From: Gemmatimonadota bacterium
GTDB taxonomy: Bacteria > Gemmatimonadota > Gemmatimonadetes > Gemmatimonadales > GWC2-71-9
Assembly: GCA_041498715.1 (NCBI GenBank)
Contig: JBGQIW010000002.1
Coordinates: forward strand, 8,499 to 72,498
DNA length: 64,000 bases
Reading direction: 5' to 3'
Positions within the stretch are counted from its first letter, which is position 1; the number at the start of each line of letters is the position of its first letter. Position numbers and translations under genes: made by a program. This document shows, one piece after another, positions 48,299-57,227 of the stretch. The notes under the pieces were generated by a model. It ran no database searches, was not told the DNA's origin, and saw only the letters and a program-made list of their open reading frames with translations.

Positions 48299-48314
48299 AC
48301 GGGAAACGCTGTTT

Positions 48315-48737
48315 ATGGCATCCCTCACCCACTACCTCTGGTTCGAGACCAAGCGCCGCCAGGAGATCCTGGACATCACGGATCAGGTGGCGGAGCAGGT
48401 GCGGGCGAGCGGCATCAAGGAGGGCCTGGTGCTCGTGAGTGCCATGCACATCAGCGCCTCGGTCTTCGTGAACGACCACGAGTCGGGGCTGTGGCACGAC
48501 ATCCTGCACTGGCTCGAGCATACTATCGCGCCCTGGGATCCCCCACGATACGAGCACAATGAGACCGGCGAGGACAACGCCGCGGCGCACCTCCGGAGCC
48601 TCACGATCGGGCACGAGGTCATCGTCCCCATCACGGCGGGAAAGCTGGACCTCGGGCCCTGGCAGCGGGTGTTCTACGGCGAGTGGGACGGACAGCGGCG
48701 GAAGCGGGTGATCATCAAGGTACTGGGCGACACCTGA
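48315..48737 (+). CDS. YjbQ/UPF0047 family protein (secondary thiamine-phosphate synthase-like)
   Basis: 140 aa. EGLVLVSAMHISASVFVNDHE and NAAAHLRS motifs. Confidence 0.8.
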   Translation: MASLTHYLWFETKRRQEILDITDQVAEQVRASGIKEGLVLVSAMHISASVFVNDHESGLWHDILHWLEHTIAPWDPPRYEHNETGEDNAAAHLRSLTIGHEVIVPITAGKLDLGPWQRVFYGEWDGQRRKRVIIKVLGDT

Positions 48738-48740
48738 CGG

Positions 48741-50396
48741 CTACATCAGGCGATACTTCGGCCCGCTGCCCCCCTCGCGCGGCGTCCAGCGCGGCCCGAG
48801 CACGTCGGTCGCCTTGCAGTCCACGCAGTTGGGCGCGTTGACCTTGAGCGCGTCGCCCACGCGCTCGTAGACTCCCGCCGGGCACACGTGCGCGTAGAAG
48901 TCGGCAACCTCCGGGCTCACGTCGCGACCGACGACGAGGTGGCTGGGGATCGTGTCCCGTGTCGCGTTGCCGGACTTGAACACCGCGTCCACCTTGCTGA
49001 AGGTCAGAGTGCCATCGGGCGTGAAAGGCTCCGCCCTCCCTACCACGCGCGGCGCGGCCGCGTCCTCCGGCACCGCGATCCTCGCTCCCGGAAAGCGCCC
49101 CCTTGTCAGCGTCATCAGCCCTGCCTTCACCGCACCCAGGTAGAGCCCGTCCTTGAACGCGAGCCGCATGTTCCGCGTGCGATAGAGATCCTGCGCGATG
49201 AAGCTCCCATCCACCCTGCGGTCGTACGCGGCCAGCGCGCCCGCCCCGGTGTCGCCCGTGGCAAGCGCTTCGAACGCGGCGCGCGCCGCGAACATCCCGG
49301 ACTGCATCGCGTAGTGGATCCCCTTGAGTGAGGGCACGTCCACGAACCCGGCGGCATCGCCCACGAGCAGGATGCCGTCGCCGTGGCGCCGTTCCGGCAG
49401 GGAGTAATAGCCCCCTTCCGGAATCGTCTTCGCTCCCCACTCCAGCAGTTGGCCGCCCTCGAGATAGCGGCGGAACAGCGGGTGGAGCTTCATCCGCTGC
49501 AGCAGCACGTGGATGTCCAGCGACGCGTCGTGGTAGTCCAGACCCACCACGAGCCCGATCGCGACCTGGGTCGGGCCCAGCGGATACATGAAACTCCCGC
49601 CGAACGCGTCCGTCGGCAGCGGCCACCCCAGCGTGTGGATCACCCGGTCGAGCGGGCGCTTCACCTCCCAGACTTCCTTCACGCCGAGCGCGAAGATCTG
49701 AGGGTTCGGCGCGCCGACCTTCCGCCAGTCACGCCAGGCCTGCGTCAGCATCCCCCGCGTGCCCTCGGCGAGCACCGTGACCTTCGCGGTGACATCGGTC
49801 GGCTCCTGGTACGCGGGGCCGGGCTCCCCGTTGCGGTCGAGCCCGGACGCGGCGGTGCGCACGCCGCGCACCCTGTCTCCCTCGACCAGGAGTGACGCCA
49901 CGGGGAACCCGGGGAACAGGTTCACACCGAGCTCTTCCGCCCGCTCGCCCAGCCACCGCACGATCTCGCACAGGGACGCCGTGTAGAAGCCGTTGTTGTG
50001 CATCGTGGGCGGCGTCGGGATGCGGCGGGCGGCGCGTTCGGAGAGGAAATACACCGCCTCCCCACTCACCGGCTGGCGGAACGGGAGCCGGTCGAGGGGG
50101 AGATCGGGGAACAGCTCACGAAATGCCCGCGGGTTCACGACCGCGCCCGACAGGCTATGCTCACCCAGGCTGCCCGCCTTCTCCAGCACGGCAACGTTGA
50201 GATCGGGCAGGTTTCGGCCGGCCTCACGCGCCCGCGTGGCGAGCCGTGACAGCTCGATGGCGCACGCGAGCCCCGCCGGTCCTCCACCCACGATGACGAT
50301 GTCCATCTCGAGCGCCTCCGCGCCAGGCGAATCACGCAGGATCAGACGGTCGAGCGGAAGGGGCGGCTGGTGGCGGAGGGGCAGGATGAAGCCCAC
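48741..50396 (-). CDS. Electron-transfer flavoprotein:ubiquinone oxidoreductase
   Basis: DIVIVGGGPAGL FAD motif and C-terminal 4Fe-4S region (CPAGVYE...NAPNCVDCKATD...PREGGSGPKY). Start is either the GTG at 50396 or the ATG at 50306. Confidence 0.9.
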   Translation of the reverse strand: MGFILPLRHQPPLPLDRLILRDSPGAEALEMDIVIVGGGPAGLACAIELSRLATRAREAGRNLPDLNVAVLEKAGSLGEHSLSGAVVNPRAFRELFPDLPLDRLPFRQPVSGEAVYFLSERAARRIPTPPTMHNNGFYTASLCEIVRWLGERAEELGVNLFPGFPVASLLVEGDRVRGVRTAASGLDRNGEPGPAYQEPTDVTAKVTVLAEGTRGMLTQAWRDWRKVGAPNPQIFALGVKEVWEVKRPLDRVIHTLGWPLPTDAFGGSFMYPLGPTQVAIGLVVGLDYHDASLDIHVLLQRMKLHPLFRRYLEGGQLLEWGAKTIPEGGYYSLPERRHGDGILLVGDAAGFVDVPSLKGIHYAMQSGMFAARAAFEALATGDTGAGALAAYDRRVDGSFIAQDLYRTRNMRLAFKDGLYLGAVKAGLMTLTRGRFPGARIAVPEDAAAPRVVGRAEPFTPDGTLTFSKVDAVFKSGNATRDTIPSHLVVGRDVSPEVADFYAHVCPAGVYERVGDALKVNAPNCVDCKATDVLGPRWTPREGGSGPKYRLM

Positions 50397-50452
50397 GGGT
50401 CTCCTTGGGGAGGCGGGATTCCGGGCGACAGAACATAACCCGTGAGAGAACT

Positions 50453-50537
50453 GCGTGAACAGTGAACAGTAAACAGTGAATCCCGGCCGGGTCGGAGCCC
50501 CCGTTCACTGTTCACCGTTCATTGTTTACGTTGTTGC
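50453..50537. repeat. Heptad-built long hairpin element, copy C
   Basis: GTGAACA-GTGAACA-GTAAACA-GTGAA, 23-nt loop containing the palindrome CCCGGCCGGG, then TTCACTG-TTCACCG-TTCATTG-TTTAC. About 27 stacked positions. Ends at the ATG of the aminotransferase gene. Confidence 0.75.
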
Positions 50538-51788
50538 ATGACCGGCCCCCCCCGCATCCCCGGCTTTCGCTCGGTCCCCTTCACCGGCGTCATCTACGTC
50601 ATGGCCGAGGCCGCGCGCCAGGGCTACCGCCACGGCCACCCCGACTGGTGCAACCTCGGCCAGGGAATGCCGGAGACCGGACCGCTGCCCGGGGCGCCGC
50701 CCCGGGTGCAGCACGTGGACATCAGCCTCGACGATCAGGAGTACGCGCCGATCCCCGGCATCTGGGAGCTGCGGCGAGCCGTGGCCGAGCTCTACAATCA
50801 CCTCTATCGGACGGATCGGGCCTCCCGCTACACCGAGCGGAACGTCTGCATCTGCGGCGGCGGGCGGGGATCCCTGACCCGCGCCGTGGCCGCCCTCGGG
50901 CACGTCAACCTCGGTCATTTCCTGCCGGACTATACGGCGTACGAGGAGCTGCTCGACATCTTCAAGGCGTTCACGGCCATCCCGATCCTGCTGGACCCCG
51001 CCAAGGGATACCACTTCGGGCTCGACGAGCTGCGCCGGGAGATCACCGGTCGCGGACTTTCGGCGCTGCTGCTGTCGAACCCGTGCAACCCGACGGGCAA
51101 GGTGATCCGCGGCGCGGAGCTCGAGTCCTGGGTGGGGACGGCGCGGGAGCTCCAGTGCTCGCTCCTGATCGACGAGTTCTACTCCCACTACGTCTGGGCC
51201 GACGGCGGCGAGATGGTCTCGGCCGCCCGCTACGTCGAGGACGTCGAGACCGACCCGGTCGTGCTGTTCGACGGGCTCACCAAGAACTGGCGCTATCCGG
51301 GTTGGCGGTGCAGCTGGATCGTGGGCCCGCAACAGGTGATAGACGCCGTGTCGAGCAGCGGCTCCTTCCTCGACGGCGGTGGGAGCAAGCCCCTCCAGCG
51401 CTCGGCCGTGCCCCTGCTCGCGCCAGACGTCGCCTGCGGTGAGACGGCCGCGATCCACCGGGCATTCGGACGGAAGCGCCGGATCCTCCTCGAAGGCCTC
51501 CGCGCGACGGGCATGCGGTTCGATCTCGACCCCGAGGGCACGTTCTACTGCTGGGCCGATCTTTCCGCGTTGCCGGGCGGCCTCTCCGACGGGATGACGC
51601 TGTTCCGAAGACTGCTGGAGCACAAGGTGATCTGCGTGCCGGGCGAGTTCTTCGACGTGAACCCCGGCAAGCGGCGGAGCAACCGGCCGTCCCGGTTCAA
51701 GACCTACGTGCGGTTCTCGTTCGGAGCGGAGGAGGGCCAGGTCATGGAGGGCGTAAGCCGGATTCAGGAGCTGGTCAGAACAGCGTAA
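50538..51788 (+). CDS. Class I/II PLP-dependent aminotransferase
   Basis: 416 aa. NPCNPTG and LTKNWRYPGWR (PLP Lys) motifs. Confidence 0.8.
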   Translation: MTGPPRIPGFRSVPFTGVIYVMAEAARQGYRHGHPDWCNLGQGMPETGPLPGAPPRVQHVDISLDDQEYAPIPGIWELRRAVAELYNHLYRTDRASRYTERNVCICGGGRGSLTRAVAALGHVNLGHFLPDYTAYEELLDIFKAFTAIPILLDPAKGYHFGLDELRREITGRGLSALLLSNPCNPTGKVIRGAELESWVGTARELQCSLLIDEFYSHYVWADGGEMVSAARYVEDVETDPVVLFDGLTKNWRYPGWRCSWIVGPQQVIDAVSSSGSFLDGGGSKPLQRSAVPLLAPDVACGETAAIHRAFGRKRRILLEGLRATGMRFDLDPEGTFYCWADLSALPGGLSDGMTLFRRLLEHKVICVPGEFFDVNPGKRRSNRPSRFKTYVRFSFGAEEGQVMEGVSRIQELVRTA

Positions 51789-51800
51789 ACGCAGTCTCTC

Positions 51801-52778
51801 TTACTTCTCACTCCTCACCTTCCTGATCTCCTCGGTCAATCTCGGCAGCACCTCGAACAGATCCCCCACGATCCCGTAGTCCGCGATCTTGAAGATCGGC
51901 GCGTCCTTGTCCCGATTGATGGCGACGATGGTCTTCGCCGTGCGCATCCCGGCGAGATGCTGGATCGCGCCCGAGATCCCGACCGCGATGTAGAGGCCCG
52001 GGCTCACCGTCTTGCCGGTCTGTCCCACCTGGGCCGCGTGGTCGCGCCAGCCGGCGTCCACCACCGCCCGGCTCGCGCCCACCGCCGTGTTGCCCAGCGC
52101 GTCTGCCAGCTCTTCGAGCAGCTTGAAGTTGGCCGGGTCCCTGAGACCGCGACCGCCGGACACGACGATCGAGGCCTCGGTGACGTCGAGCGCAGCCTTC
52201 TCCGGCGCCTTCACAGCCGTGACCCGAACCCGGGCCTCGAACGCGGGCACACTCACCGGCTCCACGCCCCCGGTCCGGCCGTCGTCCCGCGCGCGGGGCT
52301 GGAACGTGTTCGGTCGCACCGACACGAGTGCGGGGCTGGCGCGGAGCTTCACTTTCTGGATCGCGCGACCGGCGTACACCGGGCGGGTGGCGATCACGGC
52401 GCCGTCCACGAGCGCGAGCCCGGTGACGTCGCTCGCGAGCCCCAGGCCGAGGCGCGCGGCGACACGGGGCGCCAGATCCTTCCCCGTCGCGGTCGCCGCG
52501 AAGAGAATCGCCGTGCAGCCGGCGGCGAGCGACGCCACCGTCGCCGAGAAGCCGTCCGGATTGTAGCGGGCGAAATCCGGATGCGCGGCCGAGAGGACAC
52601 GATCGGCACCGAAAGCCGGCAGGGCGTCGGCGCCCGAGGGAAGCGCTGCCCCGAACACGAGGGCGTCGACCGCGCCGCTCGGGCCGGCGAGCTCGCGCGC
52701 GGCGGCCAGGAGCTCGTGAGAGATCTTCCGCACGGCACCGTCCCGCGCCTCGATGACCGCGAGGATTCGGGGCGCCAT
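51801..52778 (-). CDS. etfA: Electron transfer flavoprotein alpha subunit
   Basis: VSGGRG..., [13 protein letters not shown] and [15 protein letters not shown] motifs. Confidence 0.9.
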   Translation of the reverse strand: MAPRILAVIEARDGAVRKISHELLAAARELAGPSGAVDALVFGAALPSGADALPAFGADRVLSAAHPDFARYNPDGFSATVASLAAGCTAILFAATATGKDLAPRVAARLGLGLASDVTGLALVDGAVIATRPVYAGRAIQKVKLRASPALVSVRPNTFQPRARDDGRTGGVEPVSVPAFEARVRVTAVKAPEKAALDVTEASIVVSGGRGLRDPANFKLLEELADALGNTAVGASRAVVDAGWRDHAAQVGQTGKTVSPGLYIAVGISGAIQHLAGMRTAKTIVAINRDKDAPIFKIADYGIVGDLFEVLPRLTEEIRKVRSEK

Positions 52779-53527
52779 CAGAGCACCCTCGCCTCGGTCC
52801 GGAGCAAACGGATCAGCTCGGGAACGGCGTCCGGGCCCTCACCCACGATCCGGCCGGCCTGACGCTCCGGCGGGTACTCCAGACCGAGCACGTCGATCGA
52901 GCCCGGCCCGAGGGCGACGGCTTTGGTCTCGAACGGCTTCTTCTTGGCCGCCATGATGCCCTTGAGTGACGGGAGTCGCGGATTGTTGAGGCCCTTGTCG
53001 CAGGTGAGCACGGCGGGCAGCCGGCAGCTCACGACTTCGATCCCGCCCTCGATCTCCCGCTCCGCCTCGATCGCGCCGTCGGCGATCGTGAGGTGCGCCA
53101 CCGACGTCACGCAGGCCAGGCCGAGCAGCTCGGCCACCATGGGACCGACCTGCTGGTTGTAGTCGTCCACCGCGAGCTTGCCGAACAGGATCAGGTCATA
53201 GCCTCCATCCTTGAGCTCCGCGGCGATGGCTTTCGCCACCTCGAGCCCGTCGGGAGAGCCGGGGGACTGGAGCAGGACGGCGCGGTCGATGCCCATGGCG
53301 AGCGCGGTCCGCAGCGTCTCCTGGGCGGCGTCGGTCCCCAGGGCGTAGACGACCGTCTCGCCGGCGCCCGCCTTCTCCTTGAGCGCGAGCGCTTCCTCCA
53401 CCGCGAACTCGTCGTAGGGGTTGGGGACGAACTTGAGGCCGGTCTCCTCGATGCTCTTGCGATCGGCGCCGATGGTGATCTTGGCGACCGTGTCCGGAAC
53501 CCGCTTGAGGCAGACCGCGATCTTCAA
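52778..53527 (-). CDS. etfB: Electron transfer flavoprotein beta subunit
   Basis: (M)KIAVCLKRVPD N-terminus from the TTG at 53527; the GTG at 53536 is an alternative. The Pro-rich upstream extension of the track ORF is a translated tandem repeat and was rejected. Confidence 0.85.
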   Translation of the reverse strand: MKIAVCLKRVPDTVAKITIGADRKSIEETGLKFVPNPYDEFAVEEALALKEKAGAGETVVYALGTDAAQETLRTALAMGIDRAVLLQSPGSPDGLEVAKAIAAELKDGGYDLILFGKLAVDDYNQQVGPMVAELLGLACVTSVAHLTIADGAIEAEREIEGGIEVVSCRLPAVLTCDKGLNNPRLPSLKGIMAAKKKPFETKAVALGPGSIDVLGLEYPPERQAGRIVGEGPDAVPELIRLLRTEARVL

Positions 53528-53619
53528 CGTCAGCACCCTCGCGCCTGAGGACCTGGTGGCTGGCAAAGCCGCGGCAAAGGTAGCGGCGGGGGCGGTGGCG
53601 GGGTAGCGGGACGGGGACC

Positions 53620-53661
53620 GGGGGAGCGGGGGAGCGGGGGAGCGGGGGAGCGGGGGAGCGG
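53620..53661. repeat. Perfect tandem octamer GGGGGAGC x5 (G-tract array)
   Basis: Five exact 8-bp units at 53620-53659 plus a partial sixth, preceded by further G-runs (53588-53619). Intergenic, between divergent etfB and the TetR gene. Confidence 0.85.
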
Positions 53662-53678
53662 CTTGGGCTGGCGGCGGG

Positions 53679-53707
53679 TTGACGGGCTCCGGAACATACA
53701 GTAAAGT
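53679..53707 (+). promoter_or_regulatory. Sigma-70-like promoter (TTGACG-N17-TAAAGT) of the TetR gene
   Basis: Near-consensus hexamers with 17-nt spacing in a locally AT-rich patch, 37 nt upstream of the ATG at 53744. Confidence 0.45.
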
Positions 53708-53725
53708 GAACATGGATTCAGGTTC
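53708..53725. promoter_or_regulatory. Candidate TetR operator (imperfect 18-bp palindrome)
   Basis: GAACATGGA|TTCAGGTTC, with half-sites matching 7 of 9. Lies immediately downstream of the -10, across the expected transcription start. Confidence 0.4.
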
Positions 53726-53743
53726 TTGTTATTCGCTCACAGG

Positions 53744-54397
53744 ATGACCGCGACCAGCCACCAGCCCCGCCCGCCCCGCCAGGCCCGCAGCCAGGCCTCC
53801 CTCGACCGCCTGCTCGCCGCCGTCGAGCAGGTCATCGCCGAGCGCGGGGTAGCGCGCCTCACCGTCCAGGAGGTCGCCCGGCGGGCCGGGCTCGCCACCG
53901 GCACGCTGTACACCCGGTTCGAGAACAAGGACGCCCTGCTCCGGGCCTTCACGGTCGCCTTCTTCGATCGCGCCCGCCGCACCGCCGACTCCCTGCTCGA
54001 CGACACCCGCTGGCGCGCCATGCCGCCCCGTCCCCTGGTCGCTGCGATCGTCCGCGTCCTGGTGAAGAGCTACCGGGCCAAGCGCCCGCTGCTCCGCGCC
54101 CTCTACCTGTACGTCCGCACCCACCCCGACACCGAGTTCCAGGCGGAGGCCGCCGCCTTCAACGGGGACTTCGTGCGCCGCCTCACCGGCCTGTTGCTCC
54201 AGCATCGAGCGGCCATCACCCATCCGGCTCCCGAGCGCGCCGTCCTGATTGGCCTGCTCATCGTAGACGCCGCCATCAAGGAGACCATTCTTTTCGGCGA
54301 CGGCCGTCCACCCGATCTCTCGGTCGCTGACGACGAGCTCGCCGCCACGCTCACCGGCCTCTACTGCAACCTCCTGGGCCTCGTCGAGGCTCCATGA
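53744..54397 (+). CDS. TetR/AcrR-family transcriptional regulator
   Basis: N-terminal HTH (ERGVARLTVQEVARRAGLATGTLYTRFENKDALL). Confidence 0.85.
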   Translation: MTATSHQPRPPRQARSQASLDRLLAAVEQVIAERGVARLTVQEVARRAGLATGTLYTRFENKDALLRAFTVAFFDRARRTADSLLDDTRWRAMPPRPLVAAIVRVLVKSYRAKRPLLRALYLYVRTHPDTEFQAEAAAFNGDFVRRLTGLLLQHRAAITHPAPERAVLIGLLIVDAAIKETILFGDGRPPDLSVADDELAATLTGLYCNLLGLVEAP

Positions 54398-54427
54398 CCG
54401 TCCCGGCTCTCGCGGCCGGCGAGACGA

Positions 54428-56608
54428 TCAGGAGCTTTCTCGACCGAAGCTTCGCCGGATGATCAGCTTGAGGTTGCGGGGCATGCCCGGCGTCAGGAAC
54501 CGCTCGACCTCACCCGTCTGCCGGTTCTCGTTGAACGTGCCGAACGTCGCGTACCGGCTGTTGAACACGTTCGCGACGATCCCCTGCACCTCCCAGTCGG
54601 CCCAGGTCCACCCCAGGCGCACATCGGCCGTGAAGTAGCTCGGCAGCGGGCTGGTCTCGTTGGCTTCGTCGCCCCGGAGCCATTGGTGTCCGGTGAAGCG
54701 CGCGTCGAGCGCGGCCTCGAGGCCTTTGGGCAGGCGGACCTGCCCGCCGAAGCGCACCGTGTGATCCGGCACGAGCGGGATCCGGTCTCCTGGCTGAGCG
54801 TTGTTCAGTCCGAACAGCGGACTGGTCGGGTCAGCCGTCTCCCGGGGACTGAAGAGCTGGGCCTGCGTCTGGAAGGTGGCGCGGGTGTAGGCGTAGTTGG
54901 CGTAGACCGAGAACCGGTCGAAGATGAAGCGGGTGCCCAGCTCCACGCCTTCGCGCCGGGTGTCTCCGATGTTGGCGAAGTAGCCGGAGAAGAGTGCGGC
55001 GTCGGACGCAATGAAGTAGATGTCGTCCCGCACGGCGGTGCGATAGGCGGAGAGATCGATAATCGCCGGCCCGACGACCCAGCGACCGCCCGCCTCGATC
55101 GTCGTCGCCACCACCGGCTTGAGCGGGGGGTCGTCGGAGAGCGCAAAGGGCAGCGGGCAGGGCGCCGCCGGATCGGCGCAGGTGAGCTCGAGCAGGGCCG
55201 GCGCCCGGAAGCTCTGACCCACCGACGCGTAGGCCGAGGCCCCTCGGCCAAGATCCACGCTCACGCCACCGCGCGGGCTCAGCCGCTGGAACGTGCTGGT
55301 CGTGTCCGCCGCGGGATCGAGCAGGTCCTGGAATGGAAGCCTGATGTAGTCGTACCGGGCCCCGGCCGAGAGCGTCACGCGCGAGATGGTCAGGTCGGCG
55401 ATAGCGAACTGGGACAGATCCCAGCTCGGGCTCTTCACCGAAGTGGTCTGAGTCGTGTCCCCGGGCGCTTCGGTGAAGATGCCGACCGTGACCCGGTTGA
55501 CGACGCCGTCGACGCCGGCGCGGAGCGCCAGCGTCGCCTTGCCCAGCGAATGCTCCCAGCGGTAGTCCACCGTGCCGCCCACTGAACGGTTCTCCGAGCG
55601 GCTCCGCACATCGGGGTCCGGCGCCTGGTTGACGTTGAACCGCTCGGCGTTGTTGCGCTGGAAGTAAGAGCGGAACTCCAGTCGGCCCGGCCCCACGAGG
55701 TGGTAACCGGACAGGCTGAGCTGCAACTGGTTGATGTTCTCGAAGTCACCGGGCGTGAAGTTGACACTCGGGTCGGTGTCGAACAGCGACTCCGGAAGAC
55801 TCCCCGCTGTTTCCGCCCGGGAGCCGGCGTAGTAGGCCTGCAGCACCAGCCCGCCGCGGCGCCAGCGGCGGCCGAGGTTGGTGAAGATGTTGCCGTTCCG
55901 CGCACCGGTGGCCTCCCGCCAGCCGCCGTCGCGCTCCCCGCCCGCACCGACGTAGTAATCCCACGGCCCGCTCGCACCCCCGACCGACGCCTCCCCGCTC
56001 ACCAGTCCGTACGATCCGCCGGACAGCTCGAACTCGCCGTGGGGCGGACCCGCGCCGCGCTCCGTGATCAGATTGACCGACCCGCCCAGCGAGTTCGGGC
56101 CGAGGAGGGAGCCGGTTCCGTGCAGAAACTCGACCCGCTTCACGTGATCGAGCGGCAGCAGGTCGAAGTTCACTTCCGCTGCGTCAGGCTGATTCTGCCG
56201 CACGCCGTCCACGAAGACCGACACGCCCTGGGGTGTGCCGAGCACGGGACCGGCCGAAAACCCGCGGGTGGACAGCGAGATCTTGTACCCCGAGCCCAGA
56301 TCGTCGTAGAACGTGAACCCCGGCTCCGTGCCCAGCGCGTCGGGGAGCACGCGAGGCTCCCAGCGGTCGATCACGTCGCCCGAGATGATGGAGATGCGCG
56401 CGGGGACGCCCGAGCCGATCGACGGCCCCGCGGCCGGGACGATCGAGCCGGTCACCTCGATTTCGGGAAGCGCCACGGCAGTCGTGTCGTGCCGCGCGGA
56501 ATCGGGGACCTGGGCCCCGGCCGTCCGGCCGGCCCCGGCCAGCAAGGTGAGCGACACGAACGCACGTAGGGCGCGGGGGTTCCGGAGGGGAGCCTCGGTC
56601 GGGAGCAT
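54428..56608 (-). CDS. TonB-dependent outer-membrane receptor
   Basis: Signal peptide, plug domain (LPEIEVTGS..., RGFS..., VFVDGV), and a long beta-barrel ending ...NLKLIIRRSFGRESS. Start ATG at 56608 inferred. Confidence 0.85.
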   Translation of the reverse strand: MLPTEAPLRNPRALRAFVSLTLLAGAGRTAGAQVPDSARHDTTAVALPEIEVTGSIVPAAGPSIGSGVPARISIISGDVIDRWEPRVLPDALGTEPGFTFYDDLGSGYKISLSTRGFSAGPVLGTPQGVSVFVDGVRQNQPDAAEVNFDLLPLDHVKRVEFLHGTGSLLGPNSLGGSVNLITERGAGPPHGEFELSGGSYGLVSGEASVGGASGPWDYYVGAGGERDGGWREATGARNGNIFTNLGRRWRRGGLVLQAYYAGSRAETAGSLPESLFDTDPSVNFTPGDFENINQLQLSLSGYHLVGPGRLEFRSYFQRNNAERFNVNQAPDPDVRSRSENRSVGGTVDYRWEHSLGKATLALRAGVDGVVNRVTVGIFTEAPGDTTQTTSVKSPSWDLSQFAIADLTISRVTLSAGARYDYIRLPFQDLLDPAADTTSTFQRLSPRGGVSVDLGRGASAYASVGQSFRAPALLELTCADPAAPCPLPFALSDDPPLKPVVATTIEAGGRWVVGPAIIDLSAYRTAVRDDIYFIASDAALFSGYFANIGDTRREGVELGTRFIFDRFSVYANYAYTRATFQTQAQLFSPRETADPTSPLFGLNNAQPGDRIPLVPDHTVRFGGQVRLPKGLEAALDARFTGHQWLRGDEANETSPLPSYFTADVRLGWTWADWEVQGIVANVFNSRYATFGTFNENRQTGEVERFLTPGMPRNLKLIIRRSFGRESS

Positions 56609-56636
56609 GCGGGGTCTGCAGTGAGGAAGCGGAGCG

Positions 56637-57227
56637 CTAACGGAGCTGCCAGCCATCGATGGAGGCCGGGTCCGGACCGGTCTCGTAGATCGCGGCCATG
56701 ACGACGCGGTCGGGAGACGAGCGGACGACCATCAGGCCGTCGTCGGCGGCGCCGCCGCCGTCCCAGTCGAGACAGCACTGCGTTGCCACGGCGCCAGAAA
56801 CCGGCGGCCCGATCAGTACCGGCGCGGCGCCGCGCACGAACCGGAGCCGATCGCCCGCGGTCCAACCGCCCGAGTGGTCCACGTCTTCGTAGACCCAGAG
56901 CCGCTGAACGCGCTGGCCGGGCGTGGTGACCACCAGCACACCGTCGTCGAGGCTGCCCCCGCCATCGAGATCGAAGCAACACCGGTCGATCGTGCGGGTC
57001 GGCGCGGGGCGCGCCGCCATCAGCCATACTGCGCCCGCGAGGCCGGCGAACCCGGCGGCGGTGGCCCCCCAGACCAGGGGTGTGCGCCGGTGCGGAACGG
57101 CCGGTGCCTCCCCCCGCCGAAGCCGCCCCGTCACCTCCGGCCCGAGCGAGGCCCTCGGCTCGAACCGTGCCCGGCGGAGCAGGCGATCCACCGGCGCCAG
57201 ATCGGGGGGCACCTCGCCGGGTGTCAT
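56637..57227 (-). CDS. Putative anti-sigma factor with a periplasmic duplicated CC-D-x-DGGG module
   Basis: ATGA-coupled to the ECF sigma. One TM helix (LVWGATAAGFAGLAGAVWLMAA). Two repeats: CCFDLDGGGSLDDGVLVV and CCLDWDGGGAADDGLMVV. Confidence 0.5.
   Translation of the reverse strand: MTPGEVPPDLAPVDRLLRRARFEPRASLGPEVTGRLRRGEAPAVPHRRTPLVWGATAAGFAGLAGAVWLMAARPAPTRTIDRCCFDLDGGGSLDDGVLVVTTPGQRVQRLWVYEDVDHSGGWTAGDRLRFVRGAAPVLIGPPVSGAVATQCCLDWDGGGAADDGLMVVRSSPDRVVMAAIYETGPDPASIDGWQLR

Noticed and set aside
53528-53713. Pro-rich N-terminal extension of EtfB (PAPPLPRSPAPPLPRS...) in the 52778-53713 track ORF.
   Set aside because: It is the translation of the GGGGGAGC tandem repeat. EtfB homologs begin at MKI(A/V)VC.K.VPD, which here follows an in-frame TTG/GTG with a GAGGG RBS-like sequence.
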